64,000 nt of DNA from Fimicolochytrium jonesii (Eukaryota): NCBI RefSeq assembly GCF_025526975.1, contig NW_026515684.1, positions 186,001 through 250,000 of the forward strand, given 5' to 3'. Positions 23,374 to 37,700 of this stretch are shown here, piece after piece. The translations under genes were made by a program, and so were the position numbers. The notes below the pieces were generated by a model. It searched no databases. It was not told the origin of the DNA and saw only the letters and a list, made by a program, of their open reading frames with translations. Numbering within the stretch: the stretch's first letter is position 1; each line of letters opens with the position of its first letter.

Positions 23374-26145
23374 ATGGCGGTTATCGACAGCACGGACGTT
23401 ATCATCCTGTCCGCCGTCGGAATCCTGACAACCCTTTATGTATTTTACAAGCGGAGCACGAGCAATAGGAGCTCCGGTGCCGTTGTGTCAAAGGGAGCCT
23501 CCGGCGGACCGTCCGGGTCCGTCAAGCCAGGCTCCGCCGAGGTCAAGTCACCCAGGTGCGTATGCTAGATCACCGGACAATTCCAATTTTCTTCGCCTTG
23601 CAGCATATGCCAGCAAACAGCAACTGATACTTTATCCCATTTCGCAGCAAATTTGGCAAGAAGTCTCTCTCTGAAAAAATAGCGTCCGTCTCCGGCGACT
23701 CATGCCTAGTCCTCTTCTACGGTTCTCAAACGGGGACCGCGGAAGACCTGGCACTCCGTTTTGGAAAGGATGTCACCTCAAAGTACTCTGTGCCGGCGCT
23801 CATCCTCGATGTTGAAGAATACGACATGACTGAGCTAGCGGATGGTGATGCACTGGATGAAACCACGAACGGCAAGAACATTTTGTATGGCTACTTCCTC
23901 GCCACCTACGGCGAAGGAGAACCAACCGACAATGCCACAGAGTTCTACGAATGGATAATGTCCGGGAAAGGCAAAGGTGCCGATGAAGGCGATGAAGACG
24001 GCGACGACGACGAACTATTGGAGAATAGACCGCTTGAGGGAATCCACAAGTACATCATCTTCGGTCTTGGCAACAAAACCTACGAGCACTTCAACGCCAT
24101 TGCACGCCGTCTCGACAAGCGTCTCAAAGCGATTGGTGCAAAGAGGGTTGGCGAGTTGGGTGAAGGCGACGACGATTGTAGCATGGAAGAAGACTATGCA
24201 GCGTGGAAGAAGGGAGCCCTGGCCGCTGTTGCTGGGCACTTTGGGGTGGAAGTGGGCGAATCCGGCACGAAGAAGGATGAGCCCCATGTTCCCACTTTCA
24301 AGATCATAGATGTGGCTTCGAGCAACGGTTCCGATGTCGAAGTATTTAGAGGGGAATACAGTGCAGGGAAACCACGGAGGTGGGAGAAGGTGAAGATCGG
24401 GGCCGAGGAGTATGATGTTGTCGACGGTGGTGATGGGGAGAAGTATGTTGAGATCAGGTACGTGGGCATGCTGCCGTACTTCGGAGTGCGCGCGGATCCA
24501 TTTTGCTTATTTTAACGTCTTGCCACCTCCAAAAGTGGTGCCAAAGTTAAGCACGACGCTAAACACCCGCATTACGGTCGCATCGTCACAACCAAACCCC
24601 TCTTTACTGACGTCTACGACGAGTTCGCTTTCGCACCATCCGTCCGTCTCCCCGTCGAAGTCTCGAATCGATTCTCCATCAACGAAAAGAAGATCCGCAT
24701 CGAACGACACTGCTTGCACGTCGAGCTGGATCTGTCAGGCTCCGATCTCAAATATGAGACAGGTGATCATGTTGGGATCTGGCCGGTGAACGATGAGGAG
24801 CATTTGGAGAGGTACAAGAAGGTGCTGGCCCTCAGCGAGGAGGAGCTGGATAGGGTTGTGACGTTGAAGGTGAACGAAGAGAACCGATTGGCGGCAAATA
24901 GCAAGATTCCGTTCCCTGTGCCGAGCACTTTGAGGACGGTTCTGTTGCATTATTTGGACTTGACGGCTATTCTCAAGCAGTATCAGTTTGAGGTATGTCC
25001 TCATTCATTTCAATTGACTATGTCGCATAACGAAACGGCTCTGATTGACATGATGCAATTTTTTATACAGGTTCTCGCCAAACATGCTACGAACCCTGCT
25101 GAACGCGACGCCCTGTTTCAAATCGCAGAGAACCGAGATATCTACCTACCTTTCGTTGAAAAGTCCCAAAAGGATCTGGCCCAGGTCCTGTCCCACTTTC
25201 CCTCCGTCAAAATACCCCTCTCGGTCATCATCGGCGAGCTGCTACCACGTATCTCTGTTCGTTATTACTCCATCTCATCGTCAGCGAAAGAAACGCCTAA
25301 AACAGTGGGCATCACGGCCGTGATGGTCCGGCACGCGGTAGCGAGCACGTTCGTACCTGGGAAGGAAGGCGATGAGACCGGCGAAGTAGTCATCCGCCAA
25401 GGTCTTGCGACCTCCTGGCTGCAACGCCTCCATGAAGCCAAACAGCAAACAACCTCACGAACAAATGGCGTGAACGGGCACACAAACGGCACGGTCACAA
25501 CTCCAACCCCATCACTCCCCATCCCCCAATTCCACCTCCCTCTCTACATCCGCACCTCCTCCTTCCGCCTCCCCCGCAACCCCCGCCTCCCCGTCATCAT
25601 GGTAGGCCCCGGCACCGGCGTCGCGCCCTTTCGCGCCTTCACACGCGAACGCTTCCACATCGCCGCCAAGCAACCGCAAACGGCAGTCGGCCCCACATGG
25701 CTGTTCTACGGCTGCCGGCATCCGGACAAGGACTACCTGTACAAGTCGGAGTTTGAGGATATGAAGACGAAGGTCGAGGCGGGCGATGTGAAGATGGAGT
25801 TGAAGGTTGTAGATGCGTTTTCGAGAGTGCCGGGCGAGAAGAAGGTCTATGTGCAGGAACGGCTGAAGGAGTTTGCGGAGGATGTGTGGAGGATGATTGG
25901 GACGCAGGGCGCGTACTTTTATGTTTGCGGGTATGTTGTATGTGATACGAGTTCATATTGTCATCCATCTAGTAATCCCTTCTCTCATCTCAAACAGAGA
26001 CGCAAAACACATGGCCGCCGACGTCCACGCCGCCCTCGAACACATCGCGCTCACCCACGGCAAGCTCGCCTCGGCCGAAAAGGCGAAAGCCTGGGTCAAA
26101 GACTTGCGGTCTCAGGGACGATACCTCGAAGATGTCTGGTCCTGA
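23374..26145 (+). CDS. NCP1: NADPH-cytochrome P450 reductase
   Basis: N-terminal membrane anchor; FYGSQTGTAED; ATYGEGEPTDNA; FGLGNKTYEHFN; RYYSISSS; MVGPGTGVAPFRAF; LFYGCR; C-terminal GRYLEDVWS. Confidence 0.95.
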
Positions 26146-26676
26146 AGGTCGCTCACCAACAGGACCATAGTTTTGGGGAATATAGAACGAGACACCTTGG
26201 TGCGGTTATCACCGGGTTTATGTCGTATTGCGGACGGAAACATTTACCGCGTAGATGGGATAGTGGCCGCTCTGTGATTTTGTAGCTTATATGATTCCCT
26301 GTAGAAATCTGTTTTCCTCTCATTATTATATATATGCATTTTCATACTGAGGGTTTTGGGGTTGAGTGCTTGGTCTGTAACAGTCTGCTGAAACTTGCTT
26401 ATAGGGTTTCTCTCTGCAATGGGTGAAGAGGATGGAAAAATGGTGAATTCGGAATGTTTTCACGAAGGTGAACCGGGGATAGAGGCCCTTGCTTCGCGAA
26501 ACAGACAATCTCTGCCATGGAAGTTGATGATAATGGGAAAGCCACTGATTCAGATTATGCTACAAGACTCTTGGTTGTGTACAGGCTAACCTACATCGTT
26601 CGAAAAGGAAGGAGAAGCGAACGCTCTAAAACTAGTTTCTACGCGAGTCTGTTGACTGTCTTGTACTCCCCGCACT

Positions 26677-28313
26677 CTACAGCCTCACAACAGCAGCCCC
26701 ACCACCGGGCTTGCTCGCAAATACATAGTCCTCCATCTCCGCATCCTTCCCCTTCAAGTCCGGGCGCCGCTTATCATAGTACGCCTCCCTGACCTTACCA
26801 ATAAAGCTCTCCACCTCGCTCTCAGCCACAAGCGACACAACACACCCACCCCATCCAGCACCGGTCAGACGCGACCCGTAAGCGCCAGCCTCCCGCGCAA
26901 TCCGGGTCAAATCGTTGATCTCGTCACATGAGCAGTCATAGAGGTCCCTGCAGCTGTCTTGCGAGGCGTTCATGAGGTCACCGAGGGCAGTCAGGAAGAC
27001 GGTGGGATTGAAATCGGTGTTGGCGATCTGTGCGCAGGTATCGCGGAACTGGAACACGCGGCGGGATTCTTCATACACGTGTTTGGCGCGAGCGTGCAGG
27101 TGGAATTCGTCGGAGCCAATGACGATGGGACCGATGTAGCGTTGTTTCACGGCGTCGACGGTGGTGTTTAGGAGCGTTGCGACCTCGGGGAGGGTGTAGG
27201 GCTCGCGTTTGAGTGCTGTGTCGGTGAGAGCTGACAGTTTGGCGAGGACGGCCGTCTCATTGCCTGTGAACTCGGTATCGCGGACGTAGCGGTCTTGGAT
27301 GTCGCGCAGGGTCAGCAGGGGTGCGTCTGTGGTTGCGTCTGCTCCGCCGACGTGTTTGTTGAGTAAGGCGGCGGCAAGACGGGTCTCGACTACGCGGAGG
27401 TTGTAGTGGATGGGCGCCGTGACGACTTTGTTGGAGACGACTAGTGTGTTGGTCACGACAAAGACTGGGGACGATGATGTGTTGGTAGATACAGGGAAGG
27501 AGATGCGGTCCGCGGACAGTTTCGGTTCGAAATGGATGATCAAGGGGGACCCCATTGGTGCCATGATCGAGATGGCCTGGTCCATCCCTCCACATTGCAC
27601 ACCAGCGTATCGCTCTCCCTTGATGGCGGTGTTGGTCAGTTCTCCCTTCGTCATCCGGCCCTTGTTGGCTTCCAGCGTGGCGAGGGCAGACGCACATGTG
27701 AAGGCCGACGAGGACGAGACGCCTCCGCCTGCGGGCACCGACCCATCAATAAGCGCATGGAACGACAGAGGAGCTCTGGAGTCGAGATTCTTGGCGTTCT
27801 CGAAAACACCCTTGTATCCGCACTTAAAGTAGTTGCTCCAATCGTGAAGTGTCGAGTCGATTTCAACAGCGGTACCTTTGTCGTGGGAAAAGGTCCGTTC
27901 TCCGAACTGCTCATCCGTGTTTGCCAGCACCACCTCGACGCGCCCGCTGTCGCCTTTCTTCTCACTGTCCTCCAGCACCCTGACCGCAATCACGACGTCG
28001 CGGTCGATGGCCATGGGCAAAACGGAGTACCCTGCGGTGGACTTGATAATCAGCATAACGAACAAAACAAAGGCATAGTGAAGGATATTCGGCCCCCAGT
28101 CATACCGGAATAGTCAACATGCTCCCCAATCAGGTTCACACGGCCGGGCGAGCGGGCGAAAAAGTGAGGTTTCGCCTTGAAGCGGGCCTCAAAGCGACTT
28201 TGGAGGGTTTGGTACCGCTTTCTTTGGAAGTCCAGGACGTTCGCCGGGTAGACATCTTCAAGGCGGGTGAGGGAAGGGACGGTTTCGTCGGCGAGTAGTG
28301 TGGCGGAGGACAT
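26677..28313 (-). CDS. GAL1: Galactokinase (GHMP family), 2 exons
   Basis: RSPGRVNLIGEHVDYSG|YSVLPMAI; PAGGGVSSSSA; GGMDQ; YNLRVVE; GSRLTGAGWGG. Confidence 0.95.
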
Positions 28314-29284
28314 TGAGAACAGACAAGCAGATCAAGGTTACGGCAGGAACCAACCCAGTTTACACAGTACTCCACTACTCTATCCTCTATTTTATGCACT
28401 TCTCAGGATCGACGAGGACGAGAACGAATGCTCTGAATGCTCTGAATGCTTCTGATGATAAGCCTGCGTGACCTCCGCTTATTGCGCCCAGTTGTGCTGT
28501 TGTGCTGTTGTGTGCTAGCGACACTCGAAACACCTCAGAACTTACCGACCGCCTATGATGCGGTTGGATTAATCCGCATACCGGTGACTTCGGCTGCGGC
28601 ACGGCACCAGCGCACATCGCGAACGCGACTTGAACGCGATGACAACTCATGGAGGCTGCATTTGGAGCCCTCCTGTTACTGGTGCGGTGGAGACATCCAG
28701 GCTCGGGAACCGCCGCTTCTCGATGAAATGGGGATATCTATTGCCGACGTCTGCGCATGACGGTCTTACTGTATATTATCGGAAGCTTTGGGGTTCCGGT
28801 CCTGCTGGATATAGTGAGCTGGTGTTCCGGTGTGGTACTTACCGCGAACTGCTAGCAGGTTAATGCAGATATTTACGTCGTGGTGTGGGGGCGCCACAAA
28901 TGGGCGAGACATGAATGGAGCGTCAGTGAAGCAGCACTGTTATAATGAGGGCTGAAGGCAGATGCGGAAAGGCCGAGGACGGCAACAGAAAGAGCAGGTT
29001 GACATGCAAGCTAGGACGTTAAGGAGGGAAGGTCACGAACATGTGGGAAAACACCCTCATTTTGACAGCTCAAACGCTCTCAACGCAGCACCGCAAGCAC
29101 CTTTTGCAACTCCCGCAACGTCATTAACCGCTGCACGACACAAAACATTGAAGTGACCAGGTCGGTACTTGAGTAGTGGCCAGGCACTCAGGGCTTGTAT
29201 ATACTGTAGAAACCTCAATGCATTGCATTGCGCAGACGACTCGAAACTTACCTGTGGACTCTCAAGACTTCAAACAGCCGGACC

Positions 29285-32200
29285 ATGGACTTGACGGCCC
29301 CCTCAATTCCAGCCAGGCCGTCGACACTGCGGGCTCGTCGCATCAAAGCCAGGCTGTCCGTTGCGTCCCGCAAGTCCCGTGTCAGGACGTCTCTAGTAAA
29401 CATCCACTGGGACGCCGACGGTGGGGGCCAGGAGGAAGAAAGTTTCGAAGAATCCATAGGTGGGAACGAGACTGCTGGGATGTCCCAAGCGGCAGCAGGT
29501 TGACCTCCTCTCTGGTTCGATATATAGACGATATACCGGTGCTCGCCGACCACCAAACACAGTTTTTACTACCACCTGGTGTGGAAAGCACCCCTGGTAC
29601 TGGCACCAACTCGACGTTGCTTGAAGGCAAGGACGAGATACCGCAGACTACAGAGCTGCCGATTGCTGGGCCTAGCAAAAGGAAGGACGCGAAGGACTGG
29701 AGATTGACTTTGCCGCGCATAACATCATCAGATTCGGCGAACAACAGAGAATCAATTTTGAGAAGATCCGCGGACTTGACCACAGAAGAGGCCATTTTGA
29801 CCGATGTCTTCTCGGGTCAACTGGCTCCAACCATTGCAGATGTCCTGTTAGCTGACGATGATGTCGAAGTCGTCCCGGTCTACGATGCCATCGCACTATA
29901 CGACTTTGACGCAAGCCTCGACGAGTCTGATGATGCCATCTCGTTCAAGGCAGGCGATAGGCTAAAGGTGTTTGGCAAGCGGAATGTTAGGAACACGGTG
30001 TTTACTGAGGACGACGGCGGAGACTTTCAGTGGGAAAAGGAGGTTGAGGTTAGCGAAGGATGGTGTCAGGCAGAGCGTCTGGGCAAAGCTGGCTTTGCCC
30101 CTGTCGCCTACCTTCAGGTTAGTAGTGAACATCCACTTTTGGCGCCGTGGAGGCGAACTGACTTCTTAGCAATCAAGTTTGCATCAGACACCACACCTCT
30201 GGAAACGCGGTCCCAAATCGACCTAGTAATCACCGGCCCGCTAGATTCTCCACCCTTGGACTGCATCATGCCATCTAATCCGACTTTGGCGGATTCCCTG
30301 ATCAGCATGCCAGACCCCAGCGTCGTATCGAGTTTCGCAGAGACATCCATCTCGCAGTCGAGCTATCCCTCAGCCGCAATGTCCGCGCTCGGAAACGGCA
30401 TGGGAGCTATGACGGACAAGCTTCGCAAACGTCTGCGATCTTTGTTAGGTAGCTGGTTCGAAGGTGGTGACAGTGTGCAGGATTTCATTCTCGGAAACGC
30501 TTGCGGTTCTGCTCCGCGTACTTTCAGCGACATGGATGGAAGCCGGTCTTCCATGTTTGCGGATTACATGGATGATACTGAGCCTGGAGAAGAGAAGCAT
30601 CTCATCGAAACAGAGGTACGTTGTTTTCTGATGATGTCGACGGGTACCCACCACTGGCGCTGAAACTGAGCCACATACAGCGGGGTCTCACATGGGGTGG
30701 TCGATCCCCGAGGTTTTCAGTCACAGTCAAATCTCCGGAGCGCCACCGCAAAGTGTCGTTTGAGCCATCACAGAAGCAGAACGTGGTGGTGGATGAGTTT
30801 GTAGCATATCGAGTCTTTACATGGGTATGTATACTGTCATGTCTTTCAGTATGCCACGATTTCTGACGGGCTTTACTAGTTTGACGATGAAGACAAGCAG
30901 CTGTACACCTCGCTAAGCGTTCAACGACGATACACGGACTTCGAATGGCTACACGATCACCTGAAACGCCGATATCCACCCACAATCATCCCACTGCCTA
31001 CACTCCCACCGAAACATAGCTTGATCACCAACAAGTTCGACAAGGGCCTTGTCGAGTCCCGAGGAAGAGGTCTGGAAAGATACTTAGGTGCGATCTCACG
31101 CCATCCTCTGCTCAGAAGCGACGGCGCCGTTGTCCTGTTCCTCAGCTGTGGCGGAACAAGCATGGGCGGCCTGACAAAAGACGATTTGGCCAGACTTCGT
31201 CAAGAGCAAACATACAAGGAAGATCAGATCGAAGTTGTCCTCGACGACGATGAGTGGATTGAGGGGAGGAAGATGTTCGATCAGAGGAGGAGCTTGCAAG
31301 GCCCCGAAGGAGGGCCGGCAAACTTTTTGAAAAGGGTTGCTGTCTCAGTTCCGGCGCGTAAGGATGGGAGAGTGGCCGCTGTGCAGAACCCGATGGATCG
31401 CTTTGCGACGCATCTCTCGTTGATGGAATCGCACATGGCGCCGATGTTGGATGCTTCAGCTAGGCATCGGGACAATGTTTCAGGTATGCGACCGGGAACG
31501 GGATCCCGATTCGAAACCGAGACTGACTTCAAGTTTTTCGTTTTTCAGAACTGCACACCCGATATGCCAGCATGGCAAATGCACTGGAAGATATGGGTCG
31601 TGGCAAAGCAGATGAGGGAAGAATGATGCGGAACCTGGCCTGGTGTTGGAAGCGAGGGTGTTTTGGTACGTCGAGCGTGAGGGAGTGGCTTTGTGACGTG
31701 ATGGCTGAACCCCGCGTCTCATTTTGCAGGTTGCCATGAGTTCTCGGGCTCTTTACTGGCAGTATCAAAGCATCTGAAAGGCGTGGCTGATGTGTATGAA
31801 GCGCATGTAAGCTTTTTGTGTTCCCGGAAGATGACGATGAGGAAAAGTAGCCGCGTCCTGATGTACTCTCTGGTGTAGGCAAACAAGGACTTGACGATAT
31901 TCCATGAGAACATGCAGGACTATCACACTACGCTGGCGTCCTTTCAGGTATGTATGGGCTTTCTCTTCTTCCGAAGCAAATATATGCCGCACGCATTCTG
32001 ACTATACCCAGACGCTGTCAAACCTGAACGACGTCGCCGAATCCCGACTAGACGAACTCTCAGAACTCCCCAACACGCCATCCTCCCCAGCCTCGAAACG
32101 CGGCGATAAACGCTCAACGTTTTCAGAAGACGAAGTGGAGGGTATGAAAGAACGCTTGAACACGATACTGACCGTTGCACAGACTGAAGTGGAGCGATTG

Positions 32201-32380
32201 CATAATGAGGAAAAGCTCGGCTGGGAAACGTGGATTGAGCAATGGTTGGATGGTCAGATTTTGGCTCAGGAGAAGGTAGCAGGGCTCAACGCTTTAATGC
32301 TCAATATTTTCGCTGACTTGATTCACCATTAGGCTCTGCACCACCTGAAAGCGGCACGGGCGGCGCTGAAAAGGACATGA
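29285..32380 (+). CDS. SH3-PX-BAR sorting nexin (SNX9/18/33-like)
   Basis: SH3 ALYDFDA...EGWCQ...GFAPVAYLQ; PX RRYTDFEWLH...PTLPPK...RGLERYL...RHPLL; DDEWIEG...GPANF linker; helical BAR region ending EVERLHNE...WLDGQI. Confidence 0.85.
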
Positions 32381-32871
32381 GAATAGCACGGCGTACTATA
32401 GATCTGATAGCGCTCTACTTCTACGCTACCCTGTCGCGTGATACTACTGTGACTCCCTGTACATAATGCTCGCATCTTTCACGAACTGACTGTGTGTTTT
32501 TGCACACAGCTGATATCGCAGTGGGCCCAATTGTGCATATGCCCCAATGTGCGGACTTTTGCCTCAACACACGGTCTAACGAAACACGACCAGCCGCCAG
32601 CGAAGCCTGAACCGCCTGCCAGAATGCCTTCATAGTGGACGCCGGCTGTGATACAGCTGTGGGGGTGAGAGAGACGGGCTTTCTTTTTCTTCGTCACTTC
32701 CACAAGCGCGTAGAGGACGAAGGAGAACGCGTCAAGAGATTACGCCATTGGAGATGTGTCACAGAGATTGGAATTCGAGCGACTCAAAGTCACAGCGCTG
32801 AACCGTTCACACACCGTCGCTCCCATAATCTTGCAACAGCCTCCAAAACCACTGCAGAAAAAATCAAAGCA

Positions 32872-34205
32872 ATGACGGTCTCCTCCCATTTCAACGTAGC
32901 GGTCATCGGTCCTGGCCTGGTCGGGTCGGAGTTCATAGCTCAAATCACCAGCTGCAAAAAGCCCATTTTTAAGGTTATAGGACTCGCCAACAGCAGGCGT
33001 ATGCTTCTCTGCCCCTCAGGCTTATCAGCAGGTTCCTGGAAGAAAGAGTTGGAGTCGTCGTCCACTCAGGCCGACTTGCCCAAACTCATCGAGTATGCTG
33101 CTTCGCATAAGCCGTGCGTGGTGGTCGACTGCACGAGCTCGGATGCCGTGGCTGAGCAGTACCCGGAGTGGATGCAAAAGGGGCTCCATATCGTCACGCC
33201 GAATAAGAAGGGTTTCAGCGGTGACTATGCGTTATGGAAGAAGATTAGGGATGCGCATTCGCCGAGGTCGCTTGTGTATCATGAGAGTACCGTTGGGTAT
33301 GTTCCCTGTGCGTATCCGACCCTTCGATGGGATGTAATACTCATGTATGGACTTTGCAGTGCAGGACTGCCCATCCTCAGCACACTGGACGATCTGATCG
33401 CCACGGGGGACGAGATTGTCCGCATTGAGGGCATCTTCTCAGGCACGTTATCGTATCTCTTCAATAACTTCTCGTCGAAAGAGTGGACAGACACCTTTTC
33501 GAAGACCGTCAGTGTGGCCAAAGAGCTTGGGTACACGGTAGGATCTTGCATCTTTATGTACCACACGGGTGTACCCTTCTGGCTCACCTATGAATCTGTT
33601 TCAGGAACCTGACCCTCGTGATGATCTCAACGGAATGGATTTCGCACGGAAGGTTTGTTTTTGTCGTCCAGCTTTGCCTCAATGATTTGTTGCTAAACTA
33701 ACTCGGAATCATGGCAGGTTGTGATCCTTGGACGGCTGGCTGGCCTCTCACTGGATCTCAAGACTCTTTCCGTGGAGAACGTTGTCCCAGAGGAGCTTCG
33801 CGGAGTACCAACTCCAGCAGAATTCCTGGAAAAGCTCCCATCGTACGACAGCCATTTCGATTCCCTCAAGAAAGATGCTCAGAAGTCCAACGGCGTTTTG
33901 CGCTATGTCGGCGTGATTGATCCCAAGGGGGAGAGTTCCGTGAAACTGAAAAGGTGTGTATATGCATGTTCTACGTACTTGACGGTGATACTCATGACTG
34001 ACTATATCACACCAAATCTAGATACCCGTTGGATCATCCCTTTGCGTCGCTCACTGGCAGCGACAACATCATTGCGTTCACTACGAAGCGGTTCCCTAGT
34101 CCACTAATCATTCAAGGCGCCGGAGCGGGAGCAGCCGTCACGGCATTTGGAATGTTCTCGGATTTGTTGAAGATTGCGCGTTCCGTGACTCCTGCGAGTG
34201 CATGA
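32872..34205 (+). CDS. HOM6: Homoserine dehydrogenase
   Basis: VAVIGPGLVG; VDCTSS; IVTPNKK; HESTVGAGLPI; GIFSGTLSY; GYTEPDPRDDLNGMDFARK; QGAGAGAAVTAFG. Confidence 0.96.
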
Positions 34206-34790
34206 GCCCAATTTTTGCTGGGAAACGATTAGGCAGTAGATGCATTGTACGTAGTATCTACACTTCGCGGCGTAATATATAGACAGTGATGGTCCATGTG
34301 AAGATGAGGGCGTCGATATTTGGTGTCCGACTGATCAATTATCATCCTTCCGGGAGGGTGACGGGTATTCCAAATCTTATGAGGCTTGACCAGCACCATA
34401 TATCGTGGGGAGGTGGCACCCTCGAGGACGGTAAGACTCGTGTGATCGCAATCGAGCGAGACCTTGCGTTGACCGTGCAGGAGACGCCCTCGGAGACGAG
34501 TATGTATGTGAGGCATGCACATGCGCCTGGAGGCGCGAAGCTTACATGAGTCTGAGTTCCGCGCAACCTTACTCCCGGACATTTCACATCATCCGGACAC
34601 GACCACCGAAAGGGAGCGCATTCTGCAAGGCGCTTCTTTCTCTCACCCCTGCTCTCTCTTTTTTTGGGCATCAGCACACTGTCTCGAGGCATATTCACAT
34701 TTCAACCGGCCCGCTGGCACCCCGCACAGTGGCACACACGCACTCCAACTCACACGCACTCTCATATACGTATCTCATAGTCCCACACGC

Positions 34791-37700
34791 ATGACCGCGC
34801 AAACCGAGAGCTCATTGGAGGTTCAACTCCCTCTGCCACGATGGACCATCGAGGGCCTGGGCGATCCTCCGCGCGTCGGGTTTTCATACTCGAAGCATTG
34901 CGTCTCAGCACCTCGCAAACAAGCGTGGCACGAGTTAGCTGGGGAGTGTCGCTGGGTACCGCAAAAACACCCACTCGGAGCCCGCGATGGTTGGTTTTAC
35001 CGCTTCAGTGCATCGGTCGTAGAAGTCTTCCGGAAAGAAAACGGGCCCTTGGATAAACTACACGTCCTGGATGTTCTGGGCCTGCCCCGCTTCGATGAGT
35101 GGGGTGGGGAAATTCGTGTGACAGCCAAGTTCACCGCGGCCGCCGCGGGCATAATAGAAGGCCGTCCAACACTCGTCCTTTGCATACACGATTCGGCAAC
35201 GGACACGACCTCGGTGTATCTGAACGAGATTTTTGGACGAAGATGGCAAAAGCTGGATTGCGGAATCAAGCAGCCCGTCAAATTTGTCGAGATTACCCAA
35301 TCTTGGGAAAGTCAGCAGCTATCCCCATTCATGGTCTTTGCGACCAATGAGGAGCTCTTTGCCATTTCCGTGAGCGACCCACAGCGCGACGAAGCAGTAG
35401 ATGAAGTTAGTCCCACGTTTCGCGTCGTTGCCCCATTGCCGAGGGCCCGAAGCGTAGGCGATATTACGAGCCTGGGGACTCACTGTGATCAAAATGACAG
35501 CCGTTTAATAGTTTTCACGGGAAGCATCATGGGGAGGGTAGATGTGTGGCGGGTAAACAGCGGAAACAAGCCCAGGATCGAAAAGCTATCGAATTTCATG
35601 GTGGGGGAGAGGCACATGCCGGTCGTAGAAATGCTCTTGCGTGACGACGGGCAAAGGGGCGGTCCAGGGACACTATTTGTGTCCCAGTCGGTTACCAAAG
35701 GCCGAGGCTCAGGCGATGTCGCCAAACCGTCTATATCCGTGTTGCCGCTGGACGCATACTATGCAAAGAAGGACAGCCATGCTACCATATTTCCGATCGG
35801 GGAAGATCTGGGTGCTGTTGTTGGCATGAACGTTGTTGCATCGCCTTACGGTGCGCGCATATTTAGCGTCGTAAACATGTACCTGGGCGTACGGAAAACG
35901 ACTGTTCTGGCAGTCACGGATCTTAGCAGCAATGGGAGGATCAAGAAAACCACCCACCGGCCAATTTTTAACTCGTCAAGCAAGCAGGTGGACATCGAAC
36001 CAAAAGGTGTCACTGCTTGCACTGTCCTGACCGCCGGCCGAAAGATCCATTTCTTCTTCCCTCCCGCGGAGCCGAAACCGGTAGAACCGAAACGACTCGT
36101 AAACCTTGCCGACAAGTTCGTGTCGGGCTCTGGGTCTTTCCTATACAAGCCAGAGAAGCGAGATAGCATAGCGAAGACGCGAGCTATGTTTGACAATGAT
36201 CTCTTCGCGGATATTCTGCAGTATCGCGTCGCTCCCGACGCGCCGGAATTCCCGCCTCAAAACTTGCAAGAGCTCTGCGACCTTTTAAAGCACATTGATG
36301 CATGCGACGCAGATCCGCGGCACAAAAATCGCTTTGTGCTCTATCTATTGAAAGATCTGAAAAATGGAGAGGATAGGGCATTTGCAAACGAGCGAGGAAT
36401 GGACGCTCAGGATCGTAATGAGATCCAAGCATTCTGGGCTTTAGATCATGGAAATTTCAAGGTAAGTCACTATGTGTTCTAAAGATCTCAACTGCAAGTT
36501 ACTCACATTCGCTTAAAAATCTTACTTCAGGAGGCTACTGAGTTGCTTTGTGAGCCAGGCGCCTTTAGAAGTGGAAAACTAGCTATAGAAACCCAGTACT
36601 CTGAGAAGATTGTCAAAGTGCTGGTACTCCATGGCGAAATTCGATATGCGAAACGCTATGTCGCGATCAGCCGTCCAGAGCTGTCTTCGGACGAAGGGGC
36701 ACAACTGGACATGATATTGAAAATCACTACGGACTTGTTTGAGGCTATTCAAGTCCAGGTGAGCTCGAGATAAGTCACATGGGAACCGCTGGTACACAGG
36801 TCATTAACAAAGAGCTCACAGCGGCCCTACTCTGGGACTCCTCTTGGCGATCGACTGTGGCATATGCTGATGGAAGCGACCTTCAAATGTAAGCAAGTTC
36901 CCTGCTGTACCGCTAAGTAAAAGTGGATGTCGATGCTGATTTGTCCCAATCTAGCACCGAAGACATCGAAAAGATTTATGGAGGAACTGCCCATGATGCC
37001 TTTGAATGATTCACAGCAGCAGTCCTTAGCTGATTGGTGCAAAAATGACGGTTCTATACAGTGCCTCACCTTCATCGCCTTGTACTCAATCGACCGCTGC
37101 CAATTCTTGGATGCTGTGATATTTCTGGAGATGCTTCAAGCGCGTGGGGTTAATCTGTTTGATGACGGCCCTGCAAATGCCTCGGACGTTACCGATGCGA
37201 TGCTTGAGAATTTCCGGAATTCTATGACAACAATTCAGATGGCTGCATATCGCGTCTCCAAGGTTCAAGCTGGTAAGCTGCATTTTATCTCGTAGCTGGT
37301 ATAAAGCGTAGTAAACAGTTGCTAATGCCCTTGACCAGATGTTCAAGCAAGCAAAGAAACAGAAACGGAGGAGCCACGCAAAAACGTCCCGCTGTCCGCG
37401 CGTTTACGTCTACGGGAACCCACAAGTACCGCGGAGGAGGCGCAAGATCAGCTGTACTCGGAAATGTTGGCTTGCATCCCTAAGCCCAACATCGATCAGC
37501 GACGGATAGTAGAAATCACTGTTCCGCCTTCCGACTTCCTTCCATTGGCAGAGCTGGAGTCGGTCGCGGAATTTAGGGAGTTTGCAGCTGAGATCGGTTT
37601 GAAGTATCCTAAGGCTGTGCCAGAGTATATGGATGCGATCGTGCCGTAAGTTTCTGATGCGGGCCTTTGAAAGCTGAATCTTGGAGTACTGATCCCGGGA

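Noticed and set aside
28426..28455. GAATGCTCT x3 tandem (similar short tandems near 15800 and 59710)
   Set aside because: Simple microsatellite-like repeats with no spacers; not CRISPR.
26677..28600. GAL cluster or Gal4 site
   Set aside because: No GAL7/GAL10 nearby; the upstream CGG...CCG at 28562-28577 has 10-nt spacing, not Gal4's 11.
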